From assembly GCA_009785795.1 (NCBI GenBank), contig WQVN01000003.1:1-61635 (forward strand): a DNA stretch of 61,635 nucleotides. Direction: 5' to 3'. This document shows, one piece after another, positions 37,900 through 47,576 of this stretch; position 1 is the first letter of the stretch, and the number at the start of each line of letters is the position of its first letter. The stretch comes from Coriobacteriia bacterium. Lineage in GTDB: Bacteria; Actinomycetota; Coriobacteriia; WRKU01; WQUG01. Both the position numbers and the translations under genes were made by a program. The notes beneath the pieces are model-generated. The model saw nothing but the letters and a program-made list of their open reading frames with translations. It was not told the origin of the DNA and searched no databases.

Positions 37900-38847
37900 C
37901 TACCCCTCTTGCTGCTGTTCAAGACGAATACGATTTGCTATTTCGCTCAAGCGGCGCATTCTGTGATTAAGTGCAGATTTCGACAGCGCAGGCTGTGCCA
38001 CTTCCCCCAGTTCGCGCAAAGATACGTCAGGATTCTGCAAGCGCAGCCGTGCAAAATCTGCTACCGCTGCAGGCAATGAATCTATCCCCACGCTATCCTC
38101 TATCAATTTGATATCTGCCAGCTGAGACAAAGCAGCACCGCTTGCCTTTGCCTGATTTGCGATCTCTGCATTTACTCGCCGATTCACATCGTTGCGATAT
38201 GACTTGATAATGCGCACGTTTTCAGTCATCAATAATGCTTTGTGTGCGCCCACTAGGGCCAGAAAGTTAATGATTGGCTCTGCGCCCTTCAGATAGACCG
38301 TCCATGCTCCGCGACGTGCAGTTACACGCCCGTCAACGGTAAAGCGTGACATTAGCGTCGCCAATTCATCTGCAAGTGTTTCAGTATGCGTGCGAATTTC
38401 GAAATGATAATCACCCTGCGGACTCGCAATGAAGCCTGCGCCTAAGAATGCACCACGCAAATATGCAATCGCGCAACAGTCGCGTCGTATCAAATTTTGC
38501 TCAATACCACCACTTAGATAGGTACTTCCTGCAAGACCCAGCTCATCAAGCACCGACTCAAGTCTTGGCTGACTGGGAATAGTGATCTGATAATTATTGG
38601 CCTTGTGTAAAATGTTTCGACGCACCGTTAGTTCAGTCTTTAACTGATACAGGCGTCGCACCAGCCTGATTATACGCCGCGCAACCTGGGCGTTCTCTGT
38701 CGATACTTCTAGGCGATACTGGTTAGTGCCCGTGCGCGTAACAGTTCCGTCCAGCTTTATCAGAGCAGAGAGTTCTGCCTTATTGCAGCACTCATGCTTT
38801 TGCTCAAGGCGCGATAATTCATCACGAACTTCTGCAGTAAACGACAT
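37900..38847 (-). CDS. whiA: DNA-binding protein WhiA
   Basis: Full-length WhiA-like sequence with a degenerate LAGLIDADG-type core (YLRGAFLGAGF) and a C-terminal HTH. It follows yvcK and rapZ, as is typical. Confidence 0.9.
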   Translation of the reverse strand: MSFTAEVRDELSRLEQKHECCNKAELSALIKLDGTVTRTGTNQYRLEVSTENAQVARRIIRLVRRLYQLKTELTVRRNILHKANNYQITIPSQPRLESVLDELGLAGSTYLSGGIEQNLIRRDCCAIAYLRGAFLGAGFIASPQGDYHFEIRTHTETLADELATLMSRFTVDGRVTARRGAWTVYLKGAEPIINFLALVGAHKALLMTENVRIIKSYRNDVNRRVNAEIANQAKASGAALSQLADIKLIEDSVGIDSLPAAVADFARLRLQNPDVSLRELGEVAQPALSKSALNHRMRRLSEIANRIRLEQQQEG

Positions 38848-38859
38848 TTGGCTATCCGG

Positions 38860-39816
38860 CTATCCAGTCACAGCCGCAGATACGGCATCAGATGGTAACT
38901 CAATTAGCGCAGGCAACACCGAAGCCAGCTTGTGCTCATCGTGGTGCAACGGATTGTGCGCAGCTGCAAGCGCAGTCACGACAACTTGGATGCCCCTTGA
39001 CTCAATATACTGGACGCTCTCTTCGTCATGCATACTGTAAGGCAACAAAACCACATCAAGACGATTACGCAATCCATATTGTTCAAGGGTCGAAATATAG
39101 TCACGCGCAGTAAAAGCTGCTGTTTCGCCCTTCATGTTAGCAACATTACAGCAGTATATAAGGCGTGCATTGCTTTGTAAGATTGCATCAAGAATGCCAG
39201 GGATCAGCAGGTTTGGAATAATGCTTGTAAACAGCGATCCTGGACAAATCACTATGGAGTCTGCCACGCGCAGTGCATCAACTGCTTCAGGATTTGCAGC
39301 TGGATTCTGCGGACTAATTTCAACTGCGGCAATACCAATTGGATTACAAGTCAGCGAAGCCTGACCATATATTTCTTCTCCACTGCGATCAAAGCCATGC
39401 AGAATCAAATTTTCATAACTCGACGGCAGCACACGACCCTGCACATCCAACAGTCGCTCAAAATACTTCACTGCAGCAGAAAAAGACCCTTCAAAGTCCG
39501 CTGCTGCGGCAAACATCAAATTGCCTAAAGAGTGACCCGCAATGCCTTCGCCGTGGTCAAAACGATAATCAAATAATCGTACAAAATCTTCTCGGTCGCA
39601 GGCTGCAAGAGCAGTCAAGCAGTTGCGCACATCTCCAGGAGGAAGCAGTGATAGTTCCCTGCGCAACCTTCCTGTTGATCCTCCATCATCTGCCATGCTT
39701 ACAATTGCTGTAGGCAGGATGTCTAATGATCGCGCCCCGCGCAAAACCAGCGGAAGACCCGTACCGCCACCAATCGCAACCATCTGATGTTGTGCTATTT
39801 CCAAGCGTTGCACCAT
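38860..39816 (-). CDS. yvcK: YvcK-family gluconeogenesis factor (UPF0052, CofD-like)
   Basis: N-terminal IGGGTGL motif and a position between rapZ and whiA. Confidence 0.88.
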   Translation of the reverse strand: MVQRLEIAQHQMVAIGGGTGLPLVLRGARSLDILPTAIVSMADDGGSTGRLRRELSLLPPGDVRNCLTALAACDREDFVRLFDYRFDHGEGIAGHSLGNLMFAAAADFEGSFSAAVKYFERLLDVQGRVLPSSYENLILHGFDRSGEEIYGQASLTCNPIGIAAVEISPQNPAANPEAVDALRVADSIVICPGSLFTSIIPNLLIPGILDAILQSNARLIYCCNVANMKGETAAFTARDYISTLEQYGLRNRLDVVLLPYSMHDEESVQYIESRGIQVVVTALAAAHNPLHHDEHKLASVLPALIELPSDAVSAAVTG

Positions 39817-39909
39817 ATCACACTGCCCAGCTAAGACGGTCCCTATTCACAAGCCCAACAGCCATCCTGCTAGCAGCCATACCCTTGAGCAATCGCACCA
39901 GTAATCACA

Positions 39910-40851
39910 CTAGTAGTCATGCTGCTGCGCATCTCGCAAAATGTCGCGATGAATCGTCGATGCCTGATAGCCATCTGCGCGTAACTGCTTTGTCGTTTCC
40001 TCGGACAAAACAACGCTCCTGTGTCTGCCACCAGTACAGCCAACGGCAACGTTTAGCGATAACTTTCCCTCTGCAATATAGTGTGGAATAGTCGTGCGCA
40101 ACAAATCCGTCCATTTTTCGAGAAAATCCTGCGTCTCACTACGACCCAGCACAAACTGACTAATTTTCAAATCCTTGCCACTTAGAGGGCGCAAGTCAGG
40201 ATCCCAGTAGGGGTTTGGCAAAAATCGTACATCGTACACAATGTCAGCATCTGTAGGAATACCGTACTTAAATCCAAAGGAGCTTACAATAATTGAAATC
40301 TGGCTCGCTGCCACATCTCCCAGAAAGTCAGTTTGAATACGTGCACGCAATTCACTTGCACGCAGTAGGCTCGTATCAATTACCTGATTTGCCCGTGCAC
40401 GAAGCGGTTCCAAAATCGCACGCTCTGCCTCAATTGCGCGCTTAAGATTAGTATGAGCATTCTCTAGGGGATGCCTACGACGTGATTCCTTAAAGCGGTT
40501 AAGCAAGACCTTATCGCTTGCATCCAAAAACAGTAAGGAATACGGCGTTGTAAAATCTGGTTCATCCAGCACATCAAGCAAAGATTCGAACAATTTCCCA
40601 CCACGAATATCGCAGGCTACCGCAATGCGACAAAAATGTGGATTGTCAATTCCTGCAAGCGCAGCAATTTGAGGAATCATCGCTGGGGGCAGATTATCTA
40701 CACAAAAATAGCCAAAGTCCTCTAAAGACGCAAGTGATCTGGATCGACCAGCCCCAGACATCCCCGTCACAATAACCAAGGGCTCATTGGGACAGCACGT
40801 CATGTCAGAAGCATCATCAGCAAAGTCATTATGTTGATTAGCGCTACTCAT
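39910..40851 (-). CDS. rapZ: RNase adapter protein RapZ (YvcJ family P-loop NTPase)
   Basis: GMSGAGRS Walker A and a C-terminal GCTGGRHRSV motif. Confidence 0.9.
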   Translation of the reverse strand: MSSANQHNDFADDASDMTCCPNEPLVIVTGMSGAGRSRSLASLEDFGYFCVDNLPPAMIPQIAALAGIDNPHFCRIAVACDIRGGKLFESLLDVLDEPDFTTPYSLLFLDASDKVLLNRFKESRRRHPLENAHTNLKRAIEAERAILEPLRARANQVIDTSLLRASELRARIQTDFLGDVAASQISIIVSSFGFKYGIPTDADIVYDVRFLPNPYWDPDLRPLSGKDLKISQFVLGRSETQDFLEKWTDLLRTTIPHYIAEGKLSLNVAVGCTGGRHRSVVLSEETTKQLRADGYQASTIHRDILRDAQQHDY

Positions 40852-40911
40852 GGTGCAAGTGTATCACAGCATTACTGCTCGAAATACTGACTGGCTATTG
40901 CTTCTGCACAT

Positions 40912-40941
40912 ATAAATTAGTAGCGAATAAATTAGTAGCGA
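40912..40941. repeat. perfect tandem duplication of a 15-mer (taaattagtagcgaa x2) upstream of rapZ
   Basis: Read directly from the sequence. The units are 40912..40926 and 40927..40941, 61 to 90 nt upstream of the rapZ ATG. Confidence 0.8.
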
Positions 40942-41045
40942 ATTTTCAACGCAGTGCAAAAAATCAGAGTGAAATTTCAGTAAATTTGTTACAAGTGTTG
41001 CAAAATTGCTCTGTCACTGGCAAAAACATGCAAATACTCACATGA

Positions 41046-44000
41046 TTATTCACTCATCGCATCGAGTTCCAGTCTTTTACGCTTAATTCTTTGAGAGCCC
41101 AACAGTAAGGACACAATCGCCAGTACCACTATCAACACAGAAACCTTTGCGGTTCCCGTAAAAAGACCTGTTGGCGGTATAACATAATTTGTGTTCGTAA
41201 AATCGACAGAATTTCTGCCCTGCTCTAAGAATTCGCCATCAATTGTTAGTGGAGTTCCTGGGCTGGTAGGATTCTGCACGGGAACTGGTACCCCTCCCGT
41301 TAGCACTTCTGCTGAAACCCTGTATATAGGCACTGCATGTTCAGTCACCCAATATCCTGAATTAAAATACGCATCCACAAAAACAAGTACCTGGTTGTGA
41401 CGCAAGAAGAAATCACGCTCTAATCCTGAATGGAACAGCAGGTAATATCCGTATTGGTCAGGTCCTTCCACATAGCCATTATCAACACTGGTGACAACTG
41501 CGCCATCTTCTACTACATAGGCTTTATACACTGCTGGCTCTTCAACAAGGTCAGGAGCAGCTAGCTCCATCGTAAAGGCAAAAAATTGTACTTGATTCCC
41601 GTAATCTCCTGCCACAACCTTTGATATAGTCAATGGTGCCAATTCTGGATCAGTCGGATCAGTCAGCGGTCGATAATAAAAGACATTTCTGAAGGGAATT
41701 ATCCCGTCCAGACGTTTTCCGCCCAGTACTTCCTCGCCTTCTACTATCGTGACTTCTTCAATCTGTACAGACATGAGGTGTACATCTGTTGACGGTTCAG
41801 GCATGTTTTGCACAATAAAGCTTATTTGCCATACCCTTGAGTCAAAGACCATCGTCTCGCGCTCACCTGGCACAAAACTATCATCGCGCTCGGAAATACG
41901 ATAGGTGTAAACTCCAGCTCGTTCAAATTCAACACCGTCAAGCAAGGGTGCAGATAGCCTGGATATCACCTTAATGCCAGATATTATTTGTCCCGTATCC
42001 GACTGATCAAAACTTATCGTCTTTGCTGCCTGATTTAGCTGCGGCAGCTCATTTGCCCTGCTTGTATCTCCATTGAAACTGTAAGGCACTGCATCAAAAA
42101 CAAAATCTATTTCTGGCGTTTCTTCATGCGTGGGCAGTTCAAACAATTTCCATATTGCAACGTCTTCTGGATCAAGTTCAGGTGGAGTATATATGGACCT
42201 AAAAGTATTCGTTACTGTCGCTGCAAGAACATCTTTTTCGCCAATCCGCAGAGAACTCCCCTCTGTAATTGTCGGAGCATAGGTCATATCTGGACAGTTG
42301 CACTCTTCAAGCAAATAGTCACCAGGCACCAATCCATGTATCAGGCTGGGCTTATTTACACTAAATTTCATATCTGCTACTAAGCCCAATTCGTCCGCCG
42401 TTTGACTGCTTTGTTCCCAGCTCCAATCGGCGGGATTAGCAGGATTTACCACCAGCAACCACACCTCGTCTGTAATTGGATCAAGCTGGCCCCTAAGCGT
42501 AAAGCTGCGCATCACGATTGGAGGACTAACATCATCGACAATCTCGTCTGGTCCTGGCATGAACAGTAAAAGACGTCCGTTACTTCCTGCATTTACGTCT
42601 GTCATGCGCAACTCGAAATCCGTGTCGCCATCGATGTCGTATTCTGCATAGGCACCCGCAAGCTGCTTAAACACAGCTGCACGACTATCCACTGCGCGCA
42701 AATAACTGTTAACCATAGTGGCGATTCTGCTTTCACCAGGATCAAGGATAATGCCTGCGAACGTTCCATCATCTGCAACCTGTTTGCCATCAACAAAGAA
42801 GCGCACAACATGACCGCCATCGTTATCTTCTTCAAATATGTAGCTACGTCCGTCCTCTACATGCATCTGTGTCAATACCAAAGGACTGTTCACGCTGATT
42901 GGCAGGGCATAGACAGCATCTTCTAAATTGCCGTCCCAGGGATAATATGTGCAAGCCATGCGAGCACCATCATCAATGCTGATATATCCCACATGTCGCC
43001 AAGTCTCATTATCTGGCAAGCTTGAATCAATGCTGTGATTTGCAAAAAGTAAGCGCCACGACTGTAGTGTCGGATGCAAGTCGCGCACATACACCGTAAA
43101 TTCGGTGTCATCATTAACATTCCAGTCCTCTGGATGGCCCTCGATTTGCTTGAATACCGTAATTTGACCAGCAGGATGCGAGAATAAATTTGCAACTATC
43201 ACATTGACCGCATCGGCAGGAGGAACAGTGCCATAATCTGCATAGCTGCCATCAAAGCGATACATATCCATCCACTCGCCACCATTGACATATGACCGAG
43301 GAGAATCTCGCAGCAACCCAGGCGGATTTGAAAAATCTAGTTCCCGAACCTCATAATCTCCTGGCCACAAGTTCGACAACTTAACTTCTTGCAGCTCAAA
43401 AAGGAAAAATGCTGTAAAGACATCAGCAGTGCCACTTTGATACCTGTCTTTCCAATACGGATCGCTAAAGACCCAACTGGCACTACCTGCGCCAACCTGA
43501 TCAGATCCCGTATTGCCAACACAGAACAGGGTACCCTCAATCCATCCAGGACTGTCCCATCCATCTGTAATGGCCTGTTCATCAGGCTGTACAAACAGTA
43601 GGTACACCTCAGCATAGGCATCCCATATTTTTACCTGAAATTCTTGGCTACCATCAATCCCCCAATACGCAGGAAATCCGCCAAGTGTCTTCATAAGACG
43701 CATTTGTCCAAAGGCTGGATCGACAAAAGTATTCGTCACGACAAGAGTCTTTTCCTCGCCCGCAGACGGATTAAAGATAACTGGCTCGGATCTTAGCTCA
43801 CCATCAACTGCATAGGTCACATCAACTTGCGGTTGACGTGGTGTCTCTGGATCCCAGGTAAAGTGCTCGGCAAGCGAGTAGGTTATCTGACGATAATCAC
43901 CCTGCCACCAGCCCTGTACTGGCATACCCGTCAGCTGTGCTGGCACATTTTTGCTGAAATAGACAGGGGTTGGTTCAGTAGCAAGGCCATTGTAGACATA

Positions 44001-45407
44001 CACGCCCGGTGAAGGATTTTGGAAGGATAGATACAGATCACTCGTATCGTTTTTCATGTGCAAAACGAATTGCGTATCATCATCTATCAGCCACATCGTA
44101 TGATAGCCATCTGTGCCAAAGGCCTTTTCAACAGTCATTTCAAATTCGGGGAAAACACGATCATCAGTCAAACGAATTTGTCCAATAGCGTTTAAGTCTA
44201 AAACGACCCTCTCGTCTTCCCAAAAAAAGAGGTCTTCTTGATTTGCGTTGAATGAGCGATGAAAGTAATCAATACTAATACGAGTTCTGCCACCAGGCAT
44301 GGACTCGCTTCCTCCAGGATTGGTAAAGTGTAGCTCATACTGAACATCAATGCCTGGACCATCCAAATCCCTTATCGTAAACAAATTGGTGCGCAAATCG
44401 ACATCATTAAAGCGCTGCCATTTCAAATGCCAGGTGTAATAGTCAGCTGCATCATCTACCTGCACAGTTGCAGCTCGAACAGCACGTGTGCCAACGTTTT
44501 GCGGCCACCAATTCCACTGGCCAGCAACATTCATCAAATTGTCCTGATCGTAGGGCTCCATGCCCGCTGGTGTCTGATTCCCTGGTAGCTGTATGGTAAT
44601 GTCGCGATAGTTATCAATAATCGCGCCACTGTTTAACCCTGTTCTGCCATTGTTCCAGCTCATCGAAACATTAAACGCATCTGTCATGGTCTCGGTCATG
44701 GTCCAGTAATAAGGATTTCCCACAGCTGGCATAAAGCTTGCACTACCAATGCCTGTCGAATACCAATAGTCCATTGTCCAGTCTGGAGGATGACCAGCAT
44801 CGGGGTTTACCACGGTAAGTGTATAGCTAATCGAGTGTTGATTTCCGCCCATCATCGCGGATTGATTTTCAATTTCCCAAATGATCTGATTGCCTTCTTG
44901 GCGCAGCCCTGCAGGCAGGGATCCTAAAACAGCAAATTCACCAATGTCGTCAATAACCTGAACATACACGTCTTTACCATCAATATTCATGGGGCGCAGA
45001 GGATCTTGAGCTATCCCATCAATATCAACGAAATCTCGTGCCCATGCAAACAGGGTAACAGTAACGGTTCCATTGGGTGAATTCAGCCACCAGTCAATAT
45101 TATGCTCAACTGATTTGCCAACTCGAACTTCACCTCGCTGCAAATTATTGCCTACTGGCTGACTAATCGACCCAACGCTAAAGTCAGTGTCGTTTTCGCC
45201 AGTGTGAATGGTAAAGCCTTCAAGCGCTGCATCAAGTGCGGTTGCCATCATCGCAAAGACAACAATTGCAGTGATTAATACAATTAGGGCTACCGCTACA
45301 GCGACTTTGACCTTGATCTTGCCTTGAGTGAGCCACTTGAACACGTCCCTACCTTGAGCAGCAGTCCTGTCTTCTGTTGCAGTGGCAGTCGCATTTTTTG
45401 TCTTCAT
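41046..45407 (-). CDS. large (1453 aa) cell-surface adhesin-like protein with repeated Ig-like domains and a C-terminal sorting signal
   Basis: The start MKTKNATAT at 45407 has GGGAGAG upstream. There is an N-terminal TM/signal anchor. Module starts recur (TNTF...MRLMKTLGG, ANLF...ITVFKQIEG, VNSY...AAVFKQLAG). FctA-like domains lie near the C-terminus, followed by IPPTGL, a hydrophobic helix and RIKRKR. Confidence 0.8.
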   Translation of the reverse strand: MKTKNATATATEDRTAAQGRDVFKWLTQGKIKVKVAVAVALIVLITAIVVFAMMATALDAALEGFTIHTGENDTDFSVGSISQPVGNNLQRGEVRVGKSVEHNIDWWLNSPNGTVTVTLFAWARDFVDIDGIAQDPLRPMNIDGKDVYVQVIDDIGEFAVLGSLPAGLRQEGNQIIWEIENQSAMMGGNQHSISYTLTVVNPDAGHPPDWTMDYWYSTGIGSASFMPAVGNPYYWTMTETMTDAFNVSMSWNNGRTGLNSGAIIDNYRDITIQLPGNQTPAGMEPYDQDNLMNVAGQWNWWPQNVGTRAVRAATVQVDDAADYYTWHLKWQRFNDVDLRTNLFTIRDLDGPGIDVQYELHFTNPGGSESMPGGRTRISIDYFHRSFNANQEDLFFWEDERVVLDLNAIGQIRLTDDRVFPEFEMTVEKAFGTDGYHTMWLIDDDTQFVLHMKNDTSDLYLSFQNPSPGVYVYNGLATEPTPVYFSKNVPAQLTGMPVQGWWQGDYRQITYSLAEHFTWDPETPRQPQVDVTYAVDGELRSEPVIFNPSAGEEKTLVVTNTFVDPAFGQMRLMKTLGGFPAYWGIDGSQEFQVKIWDAYAEVYLLFVQPDEQAITDGWDSPGWIEGTLFCVGNTGSDQVGAGSASWVFSDPYWKDRYQSGTADVFTAFFLFELQEVKLSNLWPGDYEVRELDFSNPPGLLRDSPRSYVNGGEWMDMYRFDGSYADYGTVPPADAVNVIVANLFSHPAGQITVFKQIEGHPEDWNVNDDTEFTVYVRDLHPTLQSWRLLFANHSIDSSLPDNETWRHVGYISIDDGARMACTYYPWDGNLEDAVYALPISVNSPLVLTQMHVEDGRSYIFEEDNDGGHVVRFFVDGKQVADDGTFAGIILDPGESRIATMVNSYLRAVDSRAAVFKQLAGAYAEYDIDGDTDFELRMTDVNAGSNGRLLLFMPGPDEIVDDVSPPIVMRSFTLRGQLDPITDEVWLLVVNPANPADWSWEQSSQTADELGLVADMKFSVNKPSLIHGLVPGDYLLEECNCPDMTYAPTITEGSSLRIGEKDVLAATVTNTFRSIYTPPELDPEDVAIWKLFELPTHEETPEIDFVFDAVPYSFNGDTSRANELPQLNQAAKTISFDQSDTGQIISGIKVISRLSAPLLDGVEFERAGVYTYRISERDDSFVPGERETMVFDSRVWQISFIVQNMPEPSTDVHLMSVQIEEVTIVEGEEVLGGKRLDGIIPFRNVFYYRPLTDPTDPELAPLTISKVVAGDYGNQVQFFAFTMELAAPDLVEEPAVYKAYVVEDGAVVTSVDNGYVEGPDQYGYYLLFHSGLERDFFLRHNQVLVFVDAYFNSGYWVTEHAVPIYRVSAEVLTGGVPVPVQNPTSPGTPLTIDGEFLEQGRNSVDFTNTNYVIPPTGLFTGTAKVSVLIVVLAIVSLLLGSQRIKRKRLELDAMSE

Positions 45408-45549
45408 GGCGATTCTCTCCCCATCACGCAATATACTTGATACGCACATTATATGGGAGGCATTCAATCAGATTTGATGCATTCAAGCATCGTTTACATG
45501 CGGATGCCAAAACGTAGGAATGACGCGCACCAGGCACAATCAAACGCAG

Positions 45550-47433
45550 CTATAAATCGTGGATAAAGCTATATATTTCTTTTGCTATTTCTGGGGTAAT
45601 GCCAGGAGCTTTTGCAAGGTCTTCGCAGCTGGATGTGCGCAGGTTTTTAAAGCTGCCAAAATGCTTCAACAGCGCTTTGCGACGTTTCGGACCAATGCCT
45701 GGAACTTCATCAAGAATACTTGCTGTCATAGCTTTGCTGCGTAGCTTGCGATGGTATTCATTTGCAAAGCGATGTGCCTCATCACGAATACGCTTTACCA
45801 GATGCAGCGAAGCTGAACCATCTGCCAAAATCACAGGACTATCTGACCATGTTGTCCAAATCTCTTCTTCGCGTTTTGCAAGTCCAACAACCGCGATGTC
45901 GTCAATGCCCAATTCATCCAGTACTGCAACAACGGCAGAAAGTTGCGGCTTTCCGCCATCAATTAGCAGCAAGTCAGGAGTGCGTCCAAATCGCTCATCA
46001 GCCATGCGCTTTGAATCAAAGCGGCGCAGCAAGACCTCGCGCATCATGGCAACGTCATTTGCCTGGTCAAACTCCCCACGAATCTTGAAGCGTCGATACG
46101 CAGCCTTATCTGCACGTCCATTGGCAAACACAACCATTGAGCCTACTGAATGGCTGCCACGCAAAGTCGATATGTCGTAGCTTTCTATACGCAGTGGCGG
46201 ACTGTCCAGTGACAACGCAGATTCCAGCTGCAATAGAGCAGCATTTAATCGCTCTGTATCATAGTGTGTGCGAACTTTATAGCGCAGCAAGGCGTGATTT
46301 GCATTTTGCTGAGCCATGTCCAACACTTTCTTTTTCGTACCTCGCTTTGGTACCGATAGGCGCACCTTACCCGCCTTAGGATTATTGCTTGTTTCGCGCC
46401 TGCGATGGGTCAAAAAATCCTCGATAGCCTGCTGTTTGTCACCGAATTCAATCTCGCACAAAACTTCAGCAGGAATCTGCCCAGCGCTTAGATAGTAGTG
46501 TCCTAAAAAGCCCTGTGCCAGATCATCAAAGCTAATATCAAGCCCTTTGTCCAGGATGAAGTCGTTGCCATAAAGCACAGTGCCTTCGCGCACATGCAAG
46601 ACATATGCTGCAGCAATCGTTTCCTCGCGTGCAAAGCCCAGTACATCGTAGTTGGCATTACTGTCTGATACAACAATCTGTCGTTTCTTAATGCTGGAAA
46701 GCCCGCTCAAGCGATTTCGCATACGTGCTGCAAGTTCATAATTCAAATCAGTCGCAGCATCTTGCATTTGAGCTTCCAGCTTGCGTTCAAGCGCTGCGCT
46801 ATTACCTTCAAGCAATGATATAGCATTTTGAACATGGTCTGCATACTCTTCGGGAGTAATTGCAAGACTACACACTCCTGAACCATAGCCTAGCTGCGAG
46901 TCAAAGCAGGGGCGTGGCAGCGGCTTTGCAAAATCACTGCGCAGCATACGCTTATACTCGGCACAGGTAGACTTGCACAGCGGAATGACACGACGCAAAG
47001 TGTCCACCGTTTCGCGCGCTCCTCGTGCATCGGTATAGGGACCAAAATAGCGTGTACCTGCACGCTTCTTTTCGCGCGTATACTTAATGGCAGGATAGGC
47101 AGCATCCATTGTCAGTGCAATGTAGGGATAGGATTTGTCATCGCGAAACATCACATTATAGGGCGGCGATAACTGCTTGATGAGAGTAATCTCCATCATC
47201 AAGGCCTCGGCTTCAGATGAGGTCACAACGTAATCAAAGCTTGCAACCTCGCACATCATGCTTGCAGTCCACTCACGACCATCGTGTCCTGTGAAGTATT
47301 GCCGCATGCGCTTGCGAAGCTCTTTGGATTTGCCCACATAAAGGACGCGCTCATCTGCATCTTTCCACAGGTAAACACCGGGGGAAATGGGTACATGTTT
47401 AAGCTGTTCACTTAGTTGTGGAGGCATGTCCAT
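45550..47433 (-). CDS. uvrC: excinuclease ABC subunit C
   Basis: GIY-YIG N-terminus (PGVYLWKD...LYVGKSKELRKR), a UVR domain, an endonuclease V-like domain and C-terminal HhH motifs. The start is ambiguous among the ATGs at 47442, 47433 and 47427 and the GTG at 47466. Confidence 0.93.
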   Translation of the reverse strand: MDMPPQLSEQLKHVPISPGVYLWKDADERVLYVGKSKELRKRMRQYFTGHDGREWTASMMCEVASFDYVVTSSEAEALMMEITLIKQLSPPYNVMFRDDKSYPYIALTMDAAYPAIKYTREKKRAGTRYFGPYTDARGARETVDTLRRVIPLCKSTCAEYKRMLRSDFAKPLPRPCFDSQLGYGSGVCSLAITPEEYADHVQNAISLLEGNSAALERKLEAQMQDAATDLNYELAARMRNRLSGLSSIKKRQIVVSDSNANYDVLGFAREETIAAAYVLHVREGTVLYGNDFILDKGLDISFDDLAQGFLGHYYLSAGQIPAEVLCEIEFGDKQQAIEDFLTHRRRETSNNPKAGKVRLSVPKRGTKKKVLDMAQQNANHALLRYKVRTHYDTERLNAALLQLESALSLDSPPLRIESYDISTLRGSHSVGSMVVFANGRADKAAYRRFKIRGEFDQANDVAMMREVLLRRFDSKRMADERFGRTPDLLLIDGGKPQLSAVVAVLDELGIDDIAVVGLAKREEEIWTTWSDSPVILADGSASLHLVKRIRDEAHRFANEYHRKLRSKAMTASILDEVPGIGPKRRKALLKHFGSFKNLRTSSCEDLAKAPGITPEIAKEIYSFIHDL

Positions 47434-47508
47434 ACCTGCCATTATAGCCCAGAGCACATCTATCACTACCTACTTGCAGTCAGAAAATGTGGCATATACA
47501 CATGCCCT

Positions 47509-47563
47509 ATAAAAAGGGGCAAGCTTTATGCCTGCCCCTCTTGCCCCTATTCCTCTTGCCCCT
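47509..47563 (-). terminator. rho-independent terminator of the ABC-2 operon
   Basis: On the minus strand AGGGGCAAG is present twice (its complement ctcttgcccct appears as a direct repeat on the plus strand). It pairs with CTTGCCCCT, which is followed by TTTTAT. Confidence 0.6.
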
Positions 47564-47576
47564 GTCCTTCTTATTG

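Noticed and set aside
39910-39960. The RapZ C-terminal peptide DILRDAQQHDY resembles the antisense repeat peptide ILRFAQE
   Set aside because: By eye, only about 12 of 21 nucleotides match the repeat, and the conserved termini GATCCTTCG / GCTCAGGAATG are absent. The resemblance is most likely coincidental.
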